Source: an uncultured Anaerolineales bacterium
Lineage (GTDB): Bacteria > Chloroflexota > Anaerolineae > B4-G1
NCBI GenBank assembly: GCA_964568065.1
Contig: CAZMOT010000003.1
Location: 1-58,280 of the forward strand
Length of the DNA stretch: 58,280 bases
Direction of reading: 5' to 3'
Below, piece after piece: positions 1 through 9,482 of this stretch (the first letter of the stretch is position 1; each line of letters opens with the position of its first letter). Under the pieces are notes generated by a model that made no database searches, was not told the DNA's origin, and saw only the letters and a program-made list of their open reading frames with translations. The position numbers were made by a program, and so were the translations under genes.

Positions 1-2
1 AA

Positions 3-458
3 CTGGGGCTGCTGTGCGCGCAAGTGCTGGCCCTCACCGGCTGCGACCTGACCGCCGTGGGACATCACCAGGATAAACTGGACATCCTGGCGCGGCGGGG
101 CATCCCCACAGCACTGGAGAGCGATTCGGTCGAGGGCGGAGCCGACCTGGTCATCGAGGCGACCGGTCGCCCCGAGGGTTACGCGGCGGCGCGGCGACTC
201 GTCCGTCCGCGAGGCACCATTGTGCTGAAATCCACCTACCACGGCTCCGTTGACGCCGATTTGGCAATGGCTGTGGTGGATGAGGTCACACTGGTCGGCT
301 CCCGCTGCGGGCCGTTCGCGCCGGCGCTGCGGCTGCTGGAACGGGGCCTGGTGGAGGTGACGCCGTTGATCCAGGCTCGCTACCTGTTGAGCGAGGTCCT
401 AACGGCCTTCGAACACGCGGCCCGGCCGGGGATGCTGAAGGTGTTGGTGAAGATGTAG
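3..458 (+). CDS. Medium-chain (Zn-dependent alcohol) dehydrogenase family protein, C-terminal part; 5' end lies outside the window
   Basis: The frame is open from the window edge to TAG 456-458. The translation (...VIEATGRPEGY...IVLKSTYHG...LVGSRCGPF...LKVLVKM) resembles the cofactor-binding and C-terminal half of MDR oxidoreductases. Confidence 0.7.
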   Translation: MGLLCAQVLALTGCDLTAVGHHQDKLDILARRGIPTALESDSVEGGADLVIEATGRPEGYAAARRLVRPRGTIVLKSTYHGSVDADLAMAVVDEVTLVGSRCGPFAPALRLLERGLVEVTPLIQARYLLSEVLTAFEHAARPGMLKVLVKM

Positions 459-636
459 GGCAGACTCTGATTTGCTACACGATAGCTTCCCTATCCCTGC
501 GTTTCCTGTTGTAGCCTCAGCAAACTTGACATATAATAAGCCCACCGCGTCTGGAGGCAGGCCAAGTAGCTGCCTGGTGTTGATGTCAGGATCGAGGTCG
601 AACGTGGATATAGAACATGCTTCACCTGAAACAATC

Positions 637-1476
637 ATGGCCCGTCTGGGCAAACCCTGGGACGAGCTTGCCCGCTTAGCCGATAAACATACCATGGCCG
701 TTCAGGCGTGGCTATCAACGCGCGCGCCACAGGCTAAGCGCTTCGAGGGCATTGGTGTTATAGTCGGTCGCAGTGGGCTGGCAGTCCCGCTCCTGAACCT
801 GGCCCTCGGCAGCGACTATCCCCCCGGAATAAACGACGATGTGCTCGCCGCCGAAATCGAAGCCATCAAAGCGTTTTTCGCTGACCGAGGTGTGCCCTGG
901 TATTGGTGGCTTGGTCCACACCTCCGCCCGCCCGATATGGCCCAACGTCTGGAGCGCCACGGTCTGACGTTCGACCCGCCGCCTCTACCTGCGCTAGTTG
1001 CTCCTTTGCCGGCCCAATTTTCCCCTCTCAATCCTGATGTAAAGGTATGGCTGGCGGCCAGCCGGGCAGACTTGGAAGCGGCCAGCACCATCCGCCGGAT
1101 CGCCTTTCGCTTCCCCGATGGCGTAGCCCTGGACTACTTCGAAGCTATGGCTGATGACTGGCTAAATGGGGAGCCCGCTCGTCTCTACCTGGCACGCCTG
1201 GGCGATGGCCCCCCAGCAACCATTTGTGCGTTGATTATGGGCGCCGGGCTGCCGGGTGTCTACGTAATGGCGACCCTGCCTGAGTGGCGCCGTCGTGGGC
1301 TGGGCAAAGCAATTCTGGCTCGCATTCTTTCCGACGCGGCTGCCGATGGCCATAGCCTGATTGCACTCACGGCCTCCAGATTTGGCTATCCCCTTTACCG
1401 TCAGTTTGGCTTTGAGCACATCTTTGGTTATTCCATTTATCGTCTGGTACGGGAAGAAGATGCAGGGGAACTGTAA
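637..1476 (+). CDS. GNAT-family N-acetyltransferase
   Basis: C-terminal YVMATLPEWRRRGLGKAILARIL...FGYPLYRQFGF is a typical acetyl-CoA binding motif (RxxGxG/A). I chose ATG 637 (MARLGKPW). The ORF extends upstream to 472, but that part looks non-coding, so the start is uncertain. Confidence 0.7.
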   Translation: MARLGKPWDELARLADKHTMAVQAWLSTRAPQAKRFEGIGVIVGRSGLAVPLLNLALGSDYPPGINDDVLAAEIEAIKAFFADRGVPWYWWLGPHLRPPDMAQRLERHGLTFDPPPLPALVAPLPAQFSPLNPDVKVWLAASRADLEAASTIRRIAFRFPDGVALDYFEAMADDWLNGEPARLYLARLGDGPPATICALIMGAGLPGVYVMATLPEWRRRGLGKAILARILSDAAADGHSLIALTASRFGYPLYRQFGFEHIFGYSIYRLVREEDAGEL

Positions 1477-1568
1477 AGCCTGGCGGGGCTGTCGAGAGAT
1501 TGGCAAGGAAACGAGAAGCCAGGAATGCCAGGCAAAGGCTAACTGCTAATCACCAGGGAGGTGCAACT

Positions 1569-2714
1569 ATGGCCAGCCAGATTCGACGCATCGGCGTTCT
1601 CACGGGCGGTGGTGACTGTCCTGGTCTGAACGCCGTCATCAGGGCGGTGGTCAAGACCGCCATCAACGAGTACGACTGGGAGGTGCTGGGCATCGAGGAT
1701 GGCTTTGAGGGGCTCATCCAGCCGGGCAAGGTGCGGCCGCTGACCATGGCTGACGTGCGCGGCATTCTTCCCCGGGGCGGCACGATCCTCGGCACCACTA
1801 ATCGTGCCAACCCTTTCCATTACGAAGTCGAGGTGGATGGCGAGGTGAAGGTCTTCGACATGTCGGGCGACGTGGTGCGCCACGCCCAGGTGCTCGAGAT
1901 AGACGCACTGGTCGTTATCGGCGGCGACGGCTCTCTGCGCATCGCCCACGAGTTGATGCAGAAAGGGCTGAAGGTGGTCGGTGTGCCTAAGACGATTGAC
2001 AGCGATCTACAAGGCACGGTGATCACCTTCGGTTTCGACACCGCCGTCAACACCGCCATGGATGCCCTCGATAAACTGCACACCACCGCCGAGAGTCATC
2101 ACCGCGTCATCATCCTGGAAGTGATGGGCCGCGACGCCGGCTGGATCGCGCTCAAGGCTGGCATAGCTGGCGGCGCCGACGTCATCCTGATCCCTGAAAT
2201 CCCCTACGACCTGGACGTGGTTGCCGGTAAGATCTCTCGCCGCACCCGGAGCGGGTCCAAGTTCAGCATCGTCGTCGTGGCCGAAGGGGCCAGACCGACG
2301 GGCGGCGAGGCCGTTTACCACGCGCAGCGTGAGATCGGCGGGGTGCGGCGCTTAGGCGGCATCGGTGAGGTCGTGGCCGAGCAACTCAAGGAGCGCTGCA
2401 AGGTCGAGGTGCGCGTCACCGTGCTGGGGCACCTGCAGCGGGGTGGCTCCCCCACTGCCTTTGACCGGCTGCTGGCCAGTCGCTTCGGCTCAATGTCGGT
2501 GCACCTCATCGCGGACGGCAAATTGGGGCACATGGTCGCGCTGCAAAAAGAGTGCATCATCTCCGTGCCCATTGCCGAAGCGGTGGCACAGCAAAAGTTT
2601 GTCCCGCTCGACACCGACATCCTGCTCACCGCCTTTGGGCTTGACATTTGCCTGGGGAACAGCCGGGAGGTGATTGAGAAGATGCAGGCGGGGGAGTGGC
2701 AGGGTGACGAGTGA
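1569..2714 (+). CDS. pfkA: 6-phosphofructokinase (PfkA family)
   Basis: Motifs IGVLTGGGDCPGLNAVIR, VIGGDGS and EVMGRDAGWIA are present. A GGGAGG RBS lies just upstream of ATG 1569. Confidence 0.88.
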   Translation: MASQIRRIGVLTGGGDCPGLNAVIRAVVKTAINEYDWEVLGIEDGFEGLIQPGKVRPLTMADVRGILPRGGTILGTTNRANPFHYEVEVDGEVKVFDMSGDVVRHAQVLEIDALVVIGGDGSLRIAHELMQKGLKVVGVPKTIDSDLQGTVITFGFDTAVNTAMDALDKLHTTAESHHRVIILEVMGRDAGWIALKAGIAGGADVILIPEIPYDLDVVAGKISRRTRSGSKFSIVVVAEGARPTGGEAVYHAQREIGGVRRLGGIGEVVAEQLKERCKVEVRVTVLGHLQRGGSPTAFDRLLASRFGSMSVHLIADGKLGHMVALQKECIISVPIAEAVAQQKFVPLDTDILLTAFGLDICLGNSREVIEKMQAGEWQGDE

Positions 2715-3559
2715 TGACCGTTGAAGCGGTCCTGCTGGGTAGCGCTCAGGATGGGGGCGTGCCGCAGGCCGGGTGTTACTGTACCTATTGTGCTCCGGCG
2801 CGCGCCGACCCGACCAGGCGTAAATGGGTGGTGTGTTTGGGATTGGTGGATCAGGCCACCCATCAGAGTTGGCTGATTGACGCCACCCCCGACTTGCGGG
2901 AGCAGTTACACGCCCTGCACAGCCTGGTTCCAGATTGCCCACTGGCCGGAATTGTGTTGACCCACGCGCACATCGGGCATTACACCGGCCTGATCCATCT
3001 AGGACGCGAAGCTTGGAACGTGCAGGGGTTGCCGGTGTATGCCTCGCCGCGGATGGCCAACTTCTTGCGTGAAAATGGTCCCTGGTCGCAACTTGTCGCC
3101 TTGGGCAACATCAGGCTGCGTTTGCTCACTCCCGCCCGTGAGGTCCAACTCAACCCCAACTTGCGTCTGACGCCGGCGCTGGTCCCCCATCGCGACGAGC
3201 TTAGCGACACGCTGGCTTTCCTGGTGCGCGGCCCCGCTCGGCAATTGTTCTACTGCCCGGATATAGACACGTGGGATCGCTGGGAACACGACCTGAGACG
3301 CTTTGTGGCAGAGATGGACGTGGCTTTGTTGGATGGGACCTTTTTCAGAGCCGATGAGTTTGCAGGGCGCGACTTGAGTCAAATTCCACATCCCCTGGTC
3401 ACCGATACGGCCGAGCAGTTGGTGGGAGTGGATTGTGACGTGCGACTGGTTCATCTCAATCACTCTAACCCGCTGCACAGGGCTGGGCCAGAGCGGGATT
3501 GGCTGGCGGCACAGGGGATTGGCGTAGGGGTCTTTGGCGCTCGATGGAGGTTGGATTGA
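2711..3559 (+). CDS. MBL-fold metallo-hydrolase, PqqB-like
   Basis: The start shares an ATGA overlap with the pfk stop. Motifs LGSAQDGGVPQ..C.C..C and THAHIGHYTGL are metallo-beta-lactamase/PqqB-like. Confidence 0.7.
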   Translation: MMTVEAVLLGSAQDGGVPQAGCYCTYCAPARADPTRRKWVVCLGLVDQATHQSWLIDATPDLREQLHALHSLVPDCPLAGIVLTHAHIGHYTGLIHLGREAWNVQGLPVYASPRMANFLRENGPWSQLVALGNIRLRLLTPAREVQLNPNLRLTPALVPHRDELSDTLAFLVRGPARQLFYCPDIDTWDRWEHDLRRFVAEMDVALLDGTFFRADEFAGRDLSQIPHPLVTDTAEQLVGVDCDVRLVHLNHSNPLHRAGPERDWLAAQGIGVGVFGARWRLD

Positions 3560-3593
3560 TGCAATGGGATTTCGGATGAGATAGAGGTGATGT

Positions 3594-4820
3594 GTGACTG
3601 AGAACCAATTCCCCAAACTACGAGCCGTTGACACACATCCAATCATCCACGGCGGGCGACGATCCATCCTGCTGCGCGATCCGCTGCAACTGGCCGATGA
3701 GACGGTGGTCATTCCTCAGCAACTGGCCCCGGTGCTGCAACTGTGTGACGGGACGCGGGACGTGGGTGGTTTGCGTGCTTCCCTCGCCATCAGGTTTGGA
3801 CTGCGCGTCGGGCCGGGCGTGCTGGAGCAACTCGTGGCCGTGCTCGACGAGGCGCTGTTGCTTTATAACGACCGCTTTGCCCAGGCGCGAGAACGGGCGC
3901 TGGCCGAGTATCGCCAGGCCCCCTTCCGCCCGCCCTCACTGGCCGGGCAGTCGTACCCGGCCGACGCAGACGAGCTGCGTCGCGTGCTGGATGGCTACCT
4001 CGAAGCCGTGGAAGCTGTGGAGGATGTGAGCACCCGCTTCACCGATGGCCGCGGCCTGGTATGCCCGCACATTGACTACGCGCGCGGTGGGCCGGTCTAT
4101 GCCTGCGTCTGGAAGGCCGCGATGGAGATGGTCAGGGCAGCCGACCTGGTGGTGGTGCTGGGCACCGACCACTTTGGAGATGGCGGCCTGCTGACGCTGA
4201 CGCGCCAGAACTACACCACGCCGTTCGGGGTGCTGCCCACAGCGCGGGAGGTCGTGGACGCGCTGGCCGAGGCAATAGGGCCGGACGAAGCCTTCGCCGG
4301 CGAACTCATTCATCGCAGCGAACATTCCATCGAACTGGCGGCGGTCTGGCTGCACCACGTCCGCGAGGGAAAGCCATGCGAACTGGTGCCCATCCTGTGT
4401 GGCTCGTTCGGCCAATTCGTCCGGGGCGAGGCGGAACTGAAGCACGATCTGATGATCAACGGGCTCGTGGATAAGCTCGGGCAGGCGACGGCCGGGCGAC
4501 AGGTGCTCGTCGTGGCAGCGGCCGATCTCTCGCACGTCGGGCCGGCCTTCGGCGGCCAACCGCAAGGCTGGGTGGAGCGCGCCCAACTGCAAGCGGCCGA
4601 CGACGAACTCATCGAGCGGGTGTGCGCGGGCGACGCCGAGGGGTTCTTCGCCGCGATCAAGCGCGAAGGCGACCGGCGCAACGTGTGTGGGCTGCCCCCC
4701 ATCTACCTGGCGCTGCAAATGCTGAGCCCGGTCGTGGGGGAGCGAGTGGCCTACGAGCGCTGTCCGGCCGATCAGAACGGCACGTCATTGGTATCAGTTT
4801 GCGGTATCGTATTCAGATGA
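3594..4820 (+). CDS. MEMO1 / AmmeMemoRadiSam system protein B family protein with an N-terminal extension
   Basis: GTG start preceded by an AGAGGTGA RBS. Motifs CPHIDYARGG, GTDHFG, AADLSHVG and CGLPPIY are present. Confidence 0.7.
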   Translation: MTENQFPKLRAVDTHPIIHGGRRSILLRDPLQLADETVVIPQQLAPVLQLCDGTRDVGGLRASLAIRFGLRVGPGVLEQLVAVLDEALLLYNDRFAQARERALAEYRQAPFRPPSLAGQSYPADADELRRVLDGYLEAVEAVEDVSTRFTDGRGLVCPHIDYARGGPVYACVWKAAMEMVRAADLVVVLGTDHFGDGGLLTLTRQNYTTPFGVLPTAREVVDALAEAIGPDEAFAGELIHRSEHSIELAAVWLHHVREGKPCELVPILCGSFGQFVRGEAELKHDLMINGLVDKLGQATAGRQVLVVAAADLSHVGPAFGGQPQGWVERAQLQAADDELIERVCAGDAEGFFAAIKREGDRRNVCGLPPIYLALQMLSPVVGERVAYERCPADQNGTSLVSVCGIVFR

Positions 4821-4831
4821 AAGGAGTCTCT

Positions 4832-5605
4832 ATGCCCAAGAAGCGAAGACAAGCGAGTAAGAAGCGGAAACCGACCGGTAGGCGAAAGCAACTTCAGGCC
4901 AAACCCCAGCGCGAGTCCACCTGGACTGACTACTGGTGGATCGGCGTCGTCGCTGTGACCCTCTTGCTGGTTGCGGTGATTCTCTGGTTTACCGTGGGGC
5001 CGGGCAAACTGGTGGCTTCTACACCCACAGATGTACCTACAGAATCAACAGAAACAGAAAAGGAGACTGATTCAATGCCAGCAAATCCTACTGACCGCAA
5101 CAACATGTACAGCCAGCCGCCTGAGATGCAGATTGACTCCAGCAAGACCTACGTCGCCACCTTCGAAACCGAAAAAGGCGACATCGTCGTCGAACTGTCT
5201 GCCGACAAGGTGCCCAATACCGTCAACAACTTTGTCTTTCTCTCCCGCGAGGGGTTCTACGACAACACGACGTTCCACCGTGTCCTCGAGGACTTTATGG
5301 CCCAGGGGGGCGACCCCACCGGCACAGGTAGCGGTGGCCCGGGTTACAAGTTCCTCGACGAGTTCCACCCGGAACTGAGGCACGACTGCCCTGGCATCCT
5401 CTCTATGACCAACTCTGGCCTCAACACCAACGGCAGCCAGTTCTTTATCACCTACAAGGCCACCTCCTGGCTTGATAACCGCCACTCCGTGTTCGGCCAG
5501 GTTATTGAGGGCATGGATGTGCTCAACTCGATCTCGCTCCGCGATCCTGGCACAGCAACCACCCCCGGCGACCTGATCAAGACGATCCGCATTGAGGAGC
5601 GGTAA
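4832..5605 (+). CDS. Membrane-anchored cyclophilin-type peptidyl-prolyl cis-trans isomerase
   Basis: AAGGAG RBS at 4821-4826. The protein has a basic N-terminus, one TM segment (WWIGVVAVTLLLVAVILWF) and a cyclophilin core (FHRVLEDFMAQGGDP...GSQFFIT). Confidence 0.88.
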   Translation: MPKKRRQASKKRKPTGRRKQLQAKPQRESTWTDYWWIGVVAVTLLLVAVILWFTVGPGKLVASTPTDVPTESTETEKETDSMPANPTDRNNMYSQPPEMQIDSSKTYVATFETEKGDIVVELSADKVPNTVNNFVFLSREGFYDNTTFHRVLEDFMAQGGDPTGTGSGGPGYKFLDEFHPELRHDCPGILSMTNSGLNTNGSQFFITYKATSWLDNRHSVFGQVIEGMDVLNSISLRDPGTATTPGDLIKTIRIEER

Positions 5606-5623
5606 GAGAAGCAAGCAGTTCCG

Positions 5624-5664
5624 GCTACCCTTGTGAAGGCACTCCCAACCTTCACAAGGGTAGC
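5624..5664 (+). terminator. Perfect 16-bp stem / 9-nt loop hairpin downstream of the cyclophilin gene
   Basis: GCTACCCTTGTGAAGG cactcccaa CCTTCACAAGGGTAGC. There is no U-tract, so terminator function is inferred only from its position. Confidence 0.45.
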
Positions 5665-5678
5665 GCCAAAGACACGCT

Positions 5679-6542
5679 ATGTCCGCACAGCGTCCCTACA
5701 ACACAACCGCCTATCGCTATCCCCACGAGCGTCTTATTCTGGCGCTCACGCTGCTCCTGGTGTTCCTGGTCATCACCCTGACCGCCACGGCAACTGTTTG
5801 TCTGAGTTTCGTGTTTGTCGTGGCGATGGTGGCGTACTCCTACGCAGTCACCCGTTCGCAACACAGGGCGCTGTTGGAGCAAGCCCGGCAGGTCACCCCG
5901 CACGACACTCCCGCCCTGGCGATCCTCGTCGCCGAGAGTGTCGCCCGGTTGCAGGCCGGCGGGGTGCAGGTCTTCGTCGCGCCCGGCGACAGGCTGAACG
6001 CCTATACCTTCGGCCTCCTCTCCCCCAAAGTCGTGGTACTCCATTCGGCGCTCTTGCAGGTGATGGACGCGGACGAGCTGCGCTTTATCCTGGGCCACGA
6101 ACTGGGTCACGTGCGGTTAGGGCATACCTGGCTTAACTCGCTGGTGGGCGGGATGGCCGGCATCCCCAGCCCATTGATGGCCTCAGCCATCCTGGCGATG
6201 GCCTTTCTGTGGTGGAACCGGGCGTGTGAGTACTCGGCCGACCGGGCCGGGTTATTGGCCTGCGGCCAGCCCCGCAAGGCGATTTCGGCGTTGGTCAAGC
6301 TGGCCGGTGGGGTAGGGGCGCGCACGCAGGCCGACCTGGCGCGGACGCTGCAACACATCGAGGCCGAGGATGACCACGCGCTGGCCAATCTGAGCGAGGC
6401 GTTTTCTACCCACCCGATGACGGTCCGGCGTATCGAGCAACTGCACTGCTACGCGACCTCGGCCAAGTACCGTCGCCTGCAGCCACTGGTGGAGCGAAAC
6501 GTAGTGTGGAGCGAGCTGGGGGTGAGTGGTTCAGCAGGCTAA
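5679..6542 (+). CDS. M48-family zinc metallopeptidase (HtpX-like), membrane bound
   Basis: HELGHVRLGH zinc motif, two N-terminal TM segments, and a C-terminal STHPMTVRRI motif. Confidence 0.8.
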   Translation: MSAQRPYNTTAYRYPHERLILALTLLLVFLVITLTATATVCLSFVFVVAMVAYSYAVTRSQHRALLEQARQVTPHDTPALAILVAESVARLQAGGVQVFVAPGDRLNAYTFGLLSPKVVVLHSALLQVMDADELRFILGHELGHVRLGHTWLNSLVGGMAGIPSPLMASAILAMAFLWWNRACEYSADRAGLLACGQPRKAISALVKLAGGVGARTQADLARTLQHIEAEDDHALANLSEAFSTHPMTVRRIEQLHCYATSAKYRRLQPLVERNVVWSELGVSGSAG

Positions 6543-7426
6543 CAGAGAAGATCGCAGTGGATATCGAAATCCCTTCTGCCTGGGAGCACCTCACACTTTC
6601 CGCGCTGAGCAGCGTTATTCTCATCGTCGGCGCGCCGGATACAGGCAAGTCCACCTTCGCTCGTTACCTCTACCGTCGCCTATGCGAGTACCACGAGCGC
6701 GCGGCCTTCGTGGATGGGGACATCGGCCAGGCCACGCTGGGGCCCCCGACGACGATGACGCTGGCGCTGGGCGAGCCCGGCGACGACGCTTTCCCGCCCG
6801 CCGGCCCGCGCTTTCGCGCCTTCGTTGGCGACGTCTCTCCCCGCGGCCACATGTTGCCCACCGTCGTCGGCGCGCACAGGCTGGCGCAGAAGGCGCGTGC
6901 GGAGGGAGCCACTGTCATCCTGTTCGATACGACCGGGTTGGTGGCCCCGGATCATGGCGGCGGCGAGCTCAAGCGGGCCAAAGTAGAATTACTGCGGCCC
7001 AAGGTGGTCGTCGGCATCCAACGCCGCGATGAACTGGAGCATCTGCTGGTTCCCCTGCGCCGCAGCCGCCGCATCCGTGTGATAGACCTCCCGGCCTCGC
7101 GGGCCGCTCACCGCCGTGAAGTGGCCGTGCGCCAGGAGTACCGGGCCGCTCGCTTTCGCCGTTACTTCGAGGGGGCGCACACATTGGAGGTAGCCTGGCA
7201 GCGCCTGGCCGTCTTCCCGGCCCCTGCCTTTAAGCTCCACCACCTGGTGGCACTGGAGGACAGCGAGGGATTCACGCTGGCGCTGGGCATCGTCACCGCC
7301 AACGATCCGGCCCATGGCACGGTTGCCCTGTACACTCCTATCTCCACGCTGGCAGGTATAGACGCCATCCGTTTGGGCGATCTGGTGCTTGACTTCCATA
7401 CTTTTCGAGAATCGCGGCTCCGGTAA
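6506..7426 (+). CDS. Clp1/Grc3-like P-loop polynucleotide kinase family protein
   Basis: ILIVGAPDTGKSTFARYL (Walker A) is followed by FVDGDIGQATLGPPTTMTL, which is typical of the Clp1 P-loop domain. It overlaps the M48 gene by 37 nt, so the start is uncertain. Confidence 0.6.
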   Translation: MERAGGEWFSRLTEKIAVDIEIPSAWEHLTLSALSSVILIVGAPDTGKSTFARYLYRRLCEYHERAAFVDGDIGQATLGPPTTMTLALGEPGDDAFPPAGPRFRAFVGDVSPRGHMLPTVVGAHRLAQKARAEGATVILFDTTGLVAPDHGGGELKRAKVELLRPKVVVGIQRRDELEHLLVPLRRSRRIRVIDLPASRAAHRREVAVRQEYRAARFRRYFEGAHTLEVAWQRLAVFPAPAFKLHHLVALEDSEGFTLALGIVTANDPAHGTVALYTPISTLAGIDAIRLGDLVLDFHTFRESRLR

Positions 7427-7428
7427 TC

Positions 7429-7451
7429 AAAAACCGCGCTCGTAGGCGCGG
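7429..7451 (-). terminator. Intrinsic terminator for the GAF histidine kinase gene
   Basis: On the minus strand the stem CCGCGC/GCGCGG is followed by TTTTT. It sits between convergent genes. Confidence 0.5.
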
Positions 7452-7485
7452 CTCTTGCTTGGCTTGTGCTCTGTCTCATTCCACG

Positions 7486-8691
7486 CTACTGTGCACCTTC
7501 TACAGGCAGCATGAAGGTGAACGTCGTACCCCGCCCCTCCTCGCTGGTGACGGTGATCTCCCCTCTGTGAGCCTCAATGATTTGACGGGTGATGGTGAGC
7601 CCCAACCCGGTCCCCAATGCCTGGCCTTCGGTAGCGGACACGCGATAGAAGCGTTCGAAAATGTGGGGTAAGGCGTCCGCCGGGATACCGGGACCGGTAT
7701 CGGTGACGCTTACGGTCAGGTAGTGCTCCTCACCCATCGCCGTGACCGTGATGTTGTCACCCGGGCGAGAATACTTAACCGCGTTGCTCAACAAATTGAG
7801 CATCACCTGGTGCAGACGTTGCGCGTCCCCCACGACACTCGGTAGGGTAGCAGGGACGTCGACCGATACCCCGATTTGTTTAGCATCCGCTTGTGGTATC
7901 AGCACGTTGACCGCCATACGGATCACCGTGCTCAGGTCAACTGGATCCTGGGCCATAGAGGCACGGCCCGACTCCAGTCGCGCCAAGTCGAGAAAACGAT
8001 TTGCCAGATCACTGAGTCGCTCGGCCTCGTGCATGATGATGTCTGCAAACTGGGAATTCTGCGCCGTCGTCGCGTCTGGCCGCTGCATGAGTTCGGCATA
8101 GGCGACGATAGACCCCAGTGGCGTGCGCATCTCGTGCACGATCTCGGCAACCAGGTCGGATTGTTGGAAGAGCAAAGCGTTCTGCACTGCCACTGCCGCT
8201 TGATTGCCCAGCACGGTCAGCAGTTCGACGTCTTCTTCAGTGAACTCACCCCCACTCTCCTTGTTGACCGCCTGCAACACACCGATCACGTTGTCCCTGG
8301 CGATCAACGGTGTAGAGAGGATGGAGCGAGTGGTGAAACCGGACTGCTCGTCCGACTTGTGGTAAAAGCGAGGATCGTCGCGGGCATCCGGAACAACCAG
8401 GGGTTTGCCGGTCTGCACGACCCATCCGGCAATGCTACCCTCCATCGGGATGACGATCGAACCAAGACCTGGCAGATTGGTCGCCGCCTCGAAGTACAAT
8501 TTGCCACTCTTGCGATCCACCAGCAAGATTGAACAGGCTTCCGTCTGGGTGAGTTCCTGAGCTGCGGCGAGGATACGATTTAGCAGTGGACGCTTGCTAA
8601 GAGTCGAGTTCAACGAGCGGCTAATCTCAATCAGCCGTTCCAACCGTGCCACGCGCTCCTCATACCGTATTTGCTGCTGGAGATCTACCAT
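7486..8691 (-). CDS. GAF-domain sensor histidine kinase
   Basis: GAF region, then a HisKA H-box (IVHEMRTPLGSI) and HATPase_c (N box LLSNAVKYS, G boxes DTGPGI and GTGLGL). I chose ATG 8691 (MVDLQQQ), which lies just after the Sir2 stop. The ORF extends to 8766. Confidence 0.85.
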   Translation of the reverse strand: MVDLQQQIRYEERVARLERLIEISRSLNSTLSKRPLLNRILAAAQELTQTEACSILLVDRKSGKLYFEAATNLPGLGSIVIPMEGSIAGWVVQTGKPLVVPDARDDPRFYHKSDEQSGFTTRSILSTPLIARDNVIGVLQAVNKESGGEFTEEDVELLTVLGNQAAVAVQNALLFQQSDLVAEIVHEMRTPLGSIVAYAELMQRPDATTAQNSQFADIIMHEAERLSDLANRFLDLARLESGRASMAQDPVDLSTVIRMAVNVLIPQADAKQIGVSVDVPATLPSVVGDAQRLHQVMLNLLSNAVKYSRPGDNITVTAMGEEHYLTVSVTDTGPGIPADALPHIFERFYRVSATEGQALGTGLGLTITRQIIEAHRGEITVTSEEGRGTTFTFMLPVEGAQ

Positions 8692-8698
8692 CTTCTTA

Positions 8699-9475
8699 CT
8701 ACCTCTCTGTGCAGGCCCGGACGATGCGCGGCAATGCCTGGGCAACGTCAGCGTGGATGACCACATCAGCTACGTCGTCAACGTAGGTGGGTGTCAGGTT
8801 CACCACAATGATCCGGCCAGCGCGCTCACGTACTATCAGCGGCAACTGCGAGGCGGGCACAACCTCCAAAGATGAGCCTGCAATGAGCATCAGGTCGGCT
8901 TGGCGGATGTGTGCCATCGCCGCGTTGACCACCGCAACCGGCAACTGTTCCCCAAAAAGCACGACGTTGGGCTTCATCACGCCATCACACATAGGGCAGC
9001 GGGGAACTTTTTCTGAGGAAAGAAAGTCGTCCAGAAATTCCTCGGTAGGCAGAATTTTGTAGCAACGAATGCAAGTTGCCTCTCGCAGATGGCCGTGTAG
9101 TTCCAGTACCTCACGCGACCCAGCCCGCTGGTGCAAACCGTCAATGTTCTGTGTGATGACTGCTTTCAACCACCCGCCTTGTTCCAGTTTCGCCAATGCC
9201 AGGTGACCGGGATTGGGCTCAGCCTCCAGCAGCGCAGTCACCAGTGGCCGTACCCAGTTGTAGAACGCCTCGGGATGGCGTCGAAAGGCGTAGATCGTGG
9301 CCACTTCCATTGGATTCGCACGCTCCCACAGCCCCGTACCCGGCGAACGGAAGTCGGGAATGCCGGAGGGCGTACTATGACCTGCGCCGGTCAACGCAAC
9401 TGCATAACGAGCTTCTCGCAGGAGAGCTGCGGCACGTGCGATGTCATCATGCGCGATCTCATCGGCGTGACTCAC
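8699..9475 (-). CDS. cobB: NAD-dependent protein deacylase (Sir2 family)
   Basis: Motifs GAGHSTPSGIPDFRS, ITQNIDGLH and a Zn ribbon (CIRC...CPMC). I chose GTG 9475, which has an upstream GAGG. The ORF is open to 9541, but that start would overlap nfi by 59 nt. Confidence 0.82.
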   Translation of the reverse strand: MSHADEIAHDDIARAAALLREARYAVALTGAGHSTPSGIPDFRSPGTGLWERANPMEVATIYAFRRHPEAFYNWVRPLVTALLEAEPNPGHLALAKLEQGGWLKAVITQNIDGLHQRAGSREVLELHGHLREATCIRCYKILPTEEFLDDFLSSEKVPRCPMCDGVMKPNVVLFGEQLPVAVVNAAMAHIRQADLMLIAGSSLEVVPASQLPLIVRERAGRIIVVNLTPTYVDDVADVVIHADVAQALPRIVRACTER

Positions 9476-9482
9476 ATCTACC

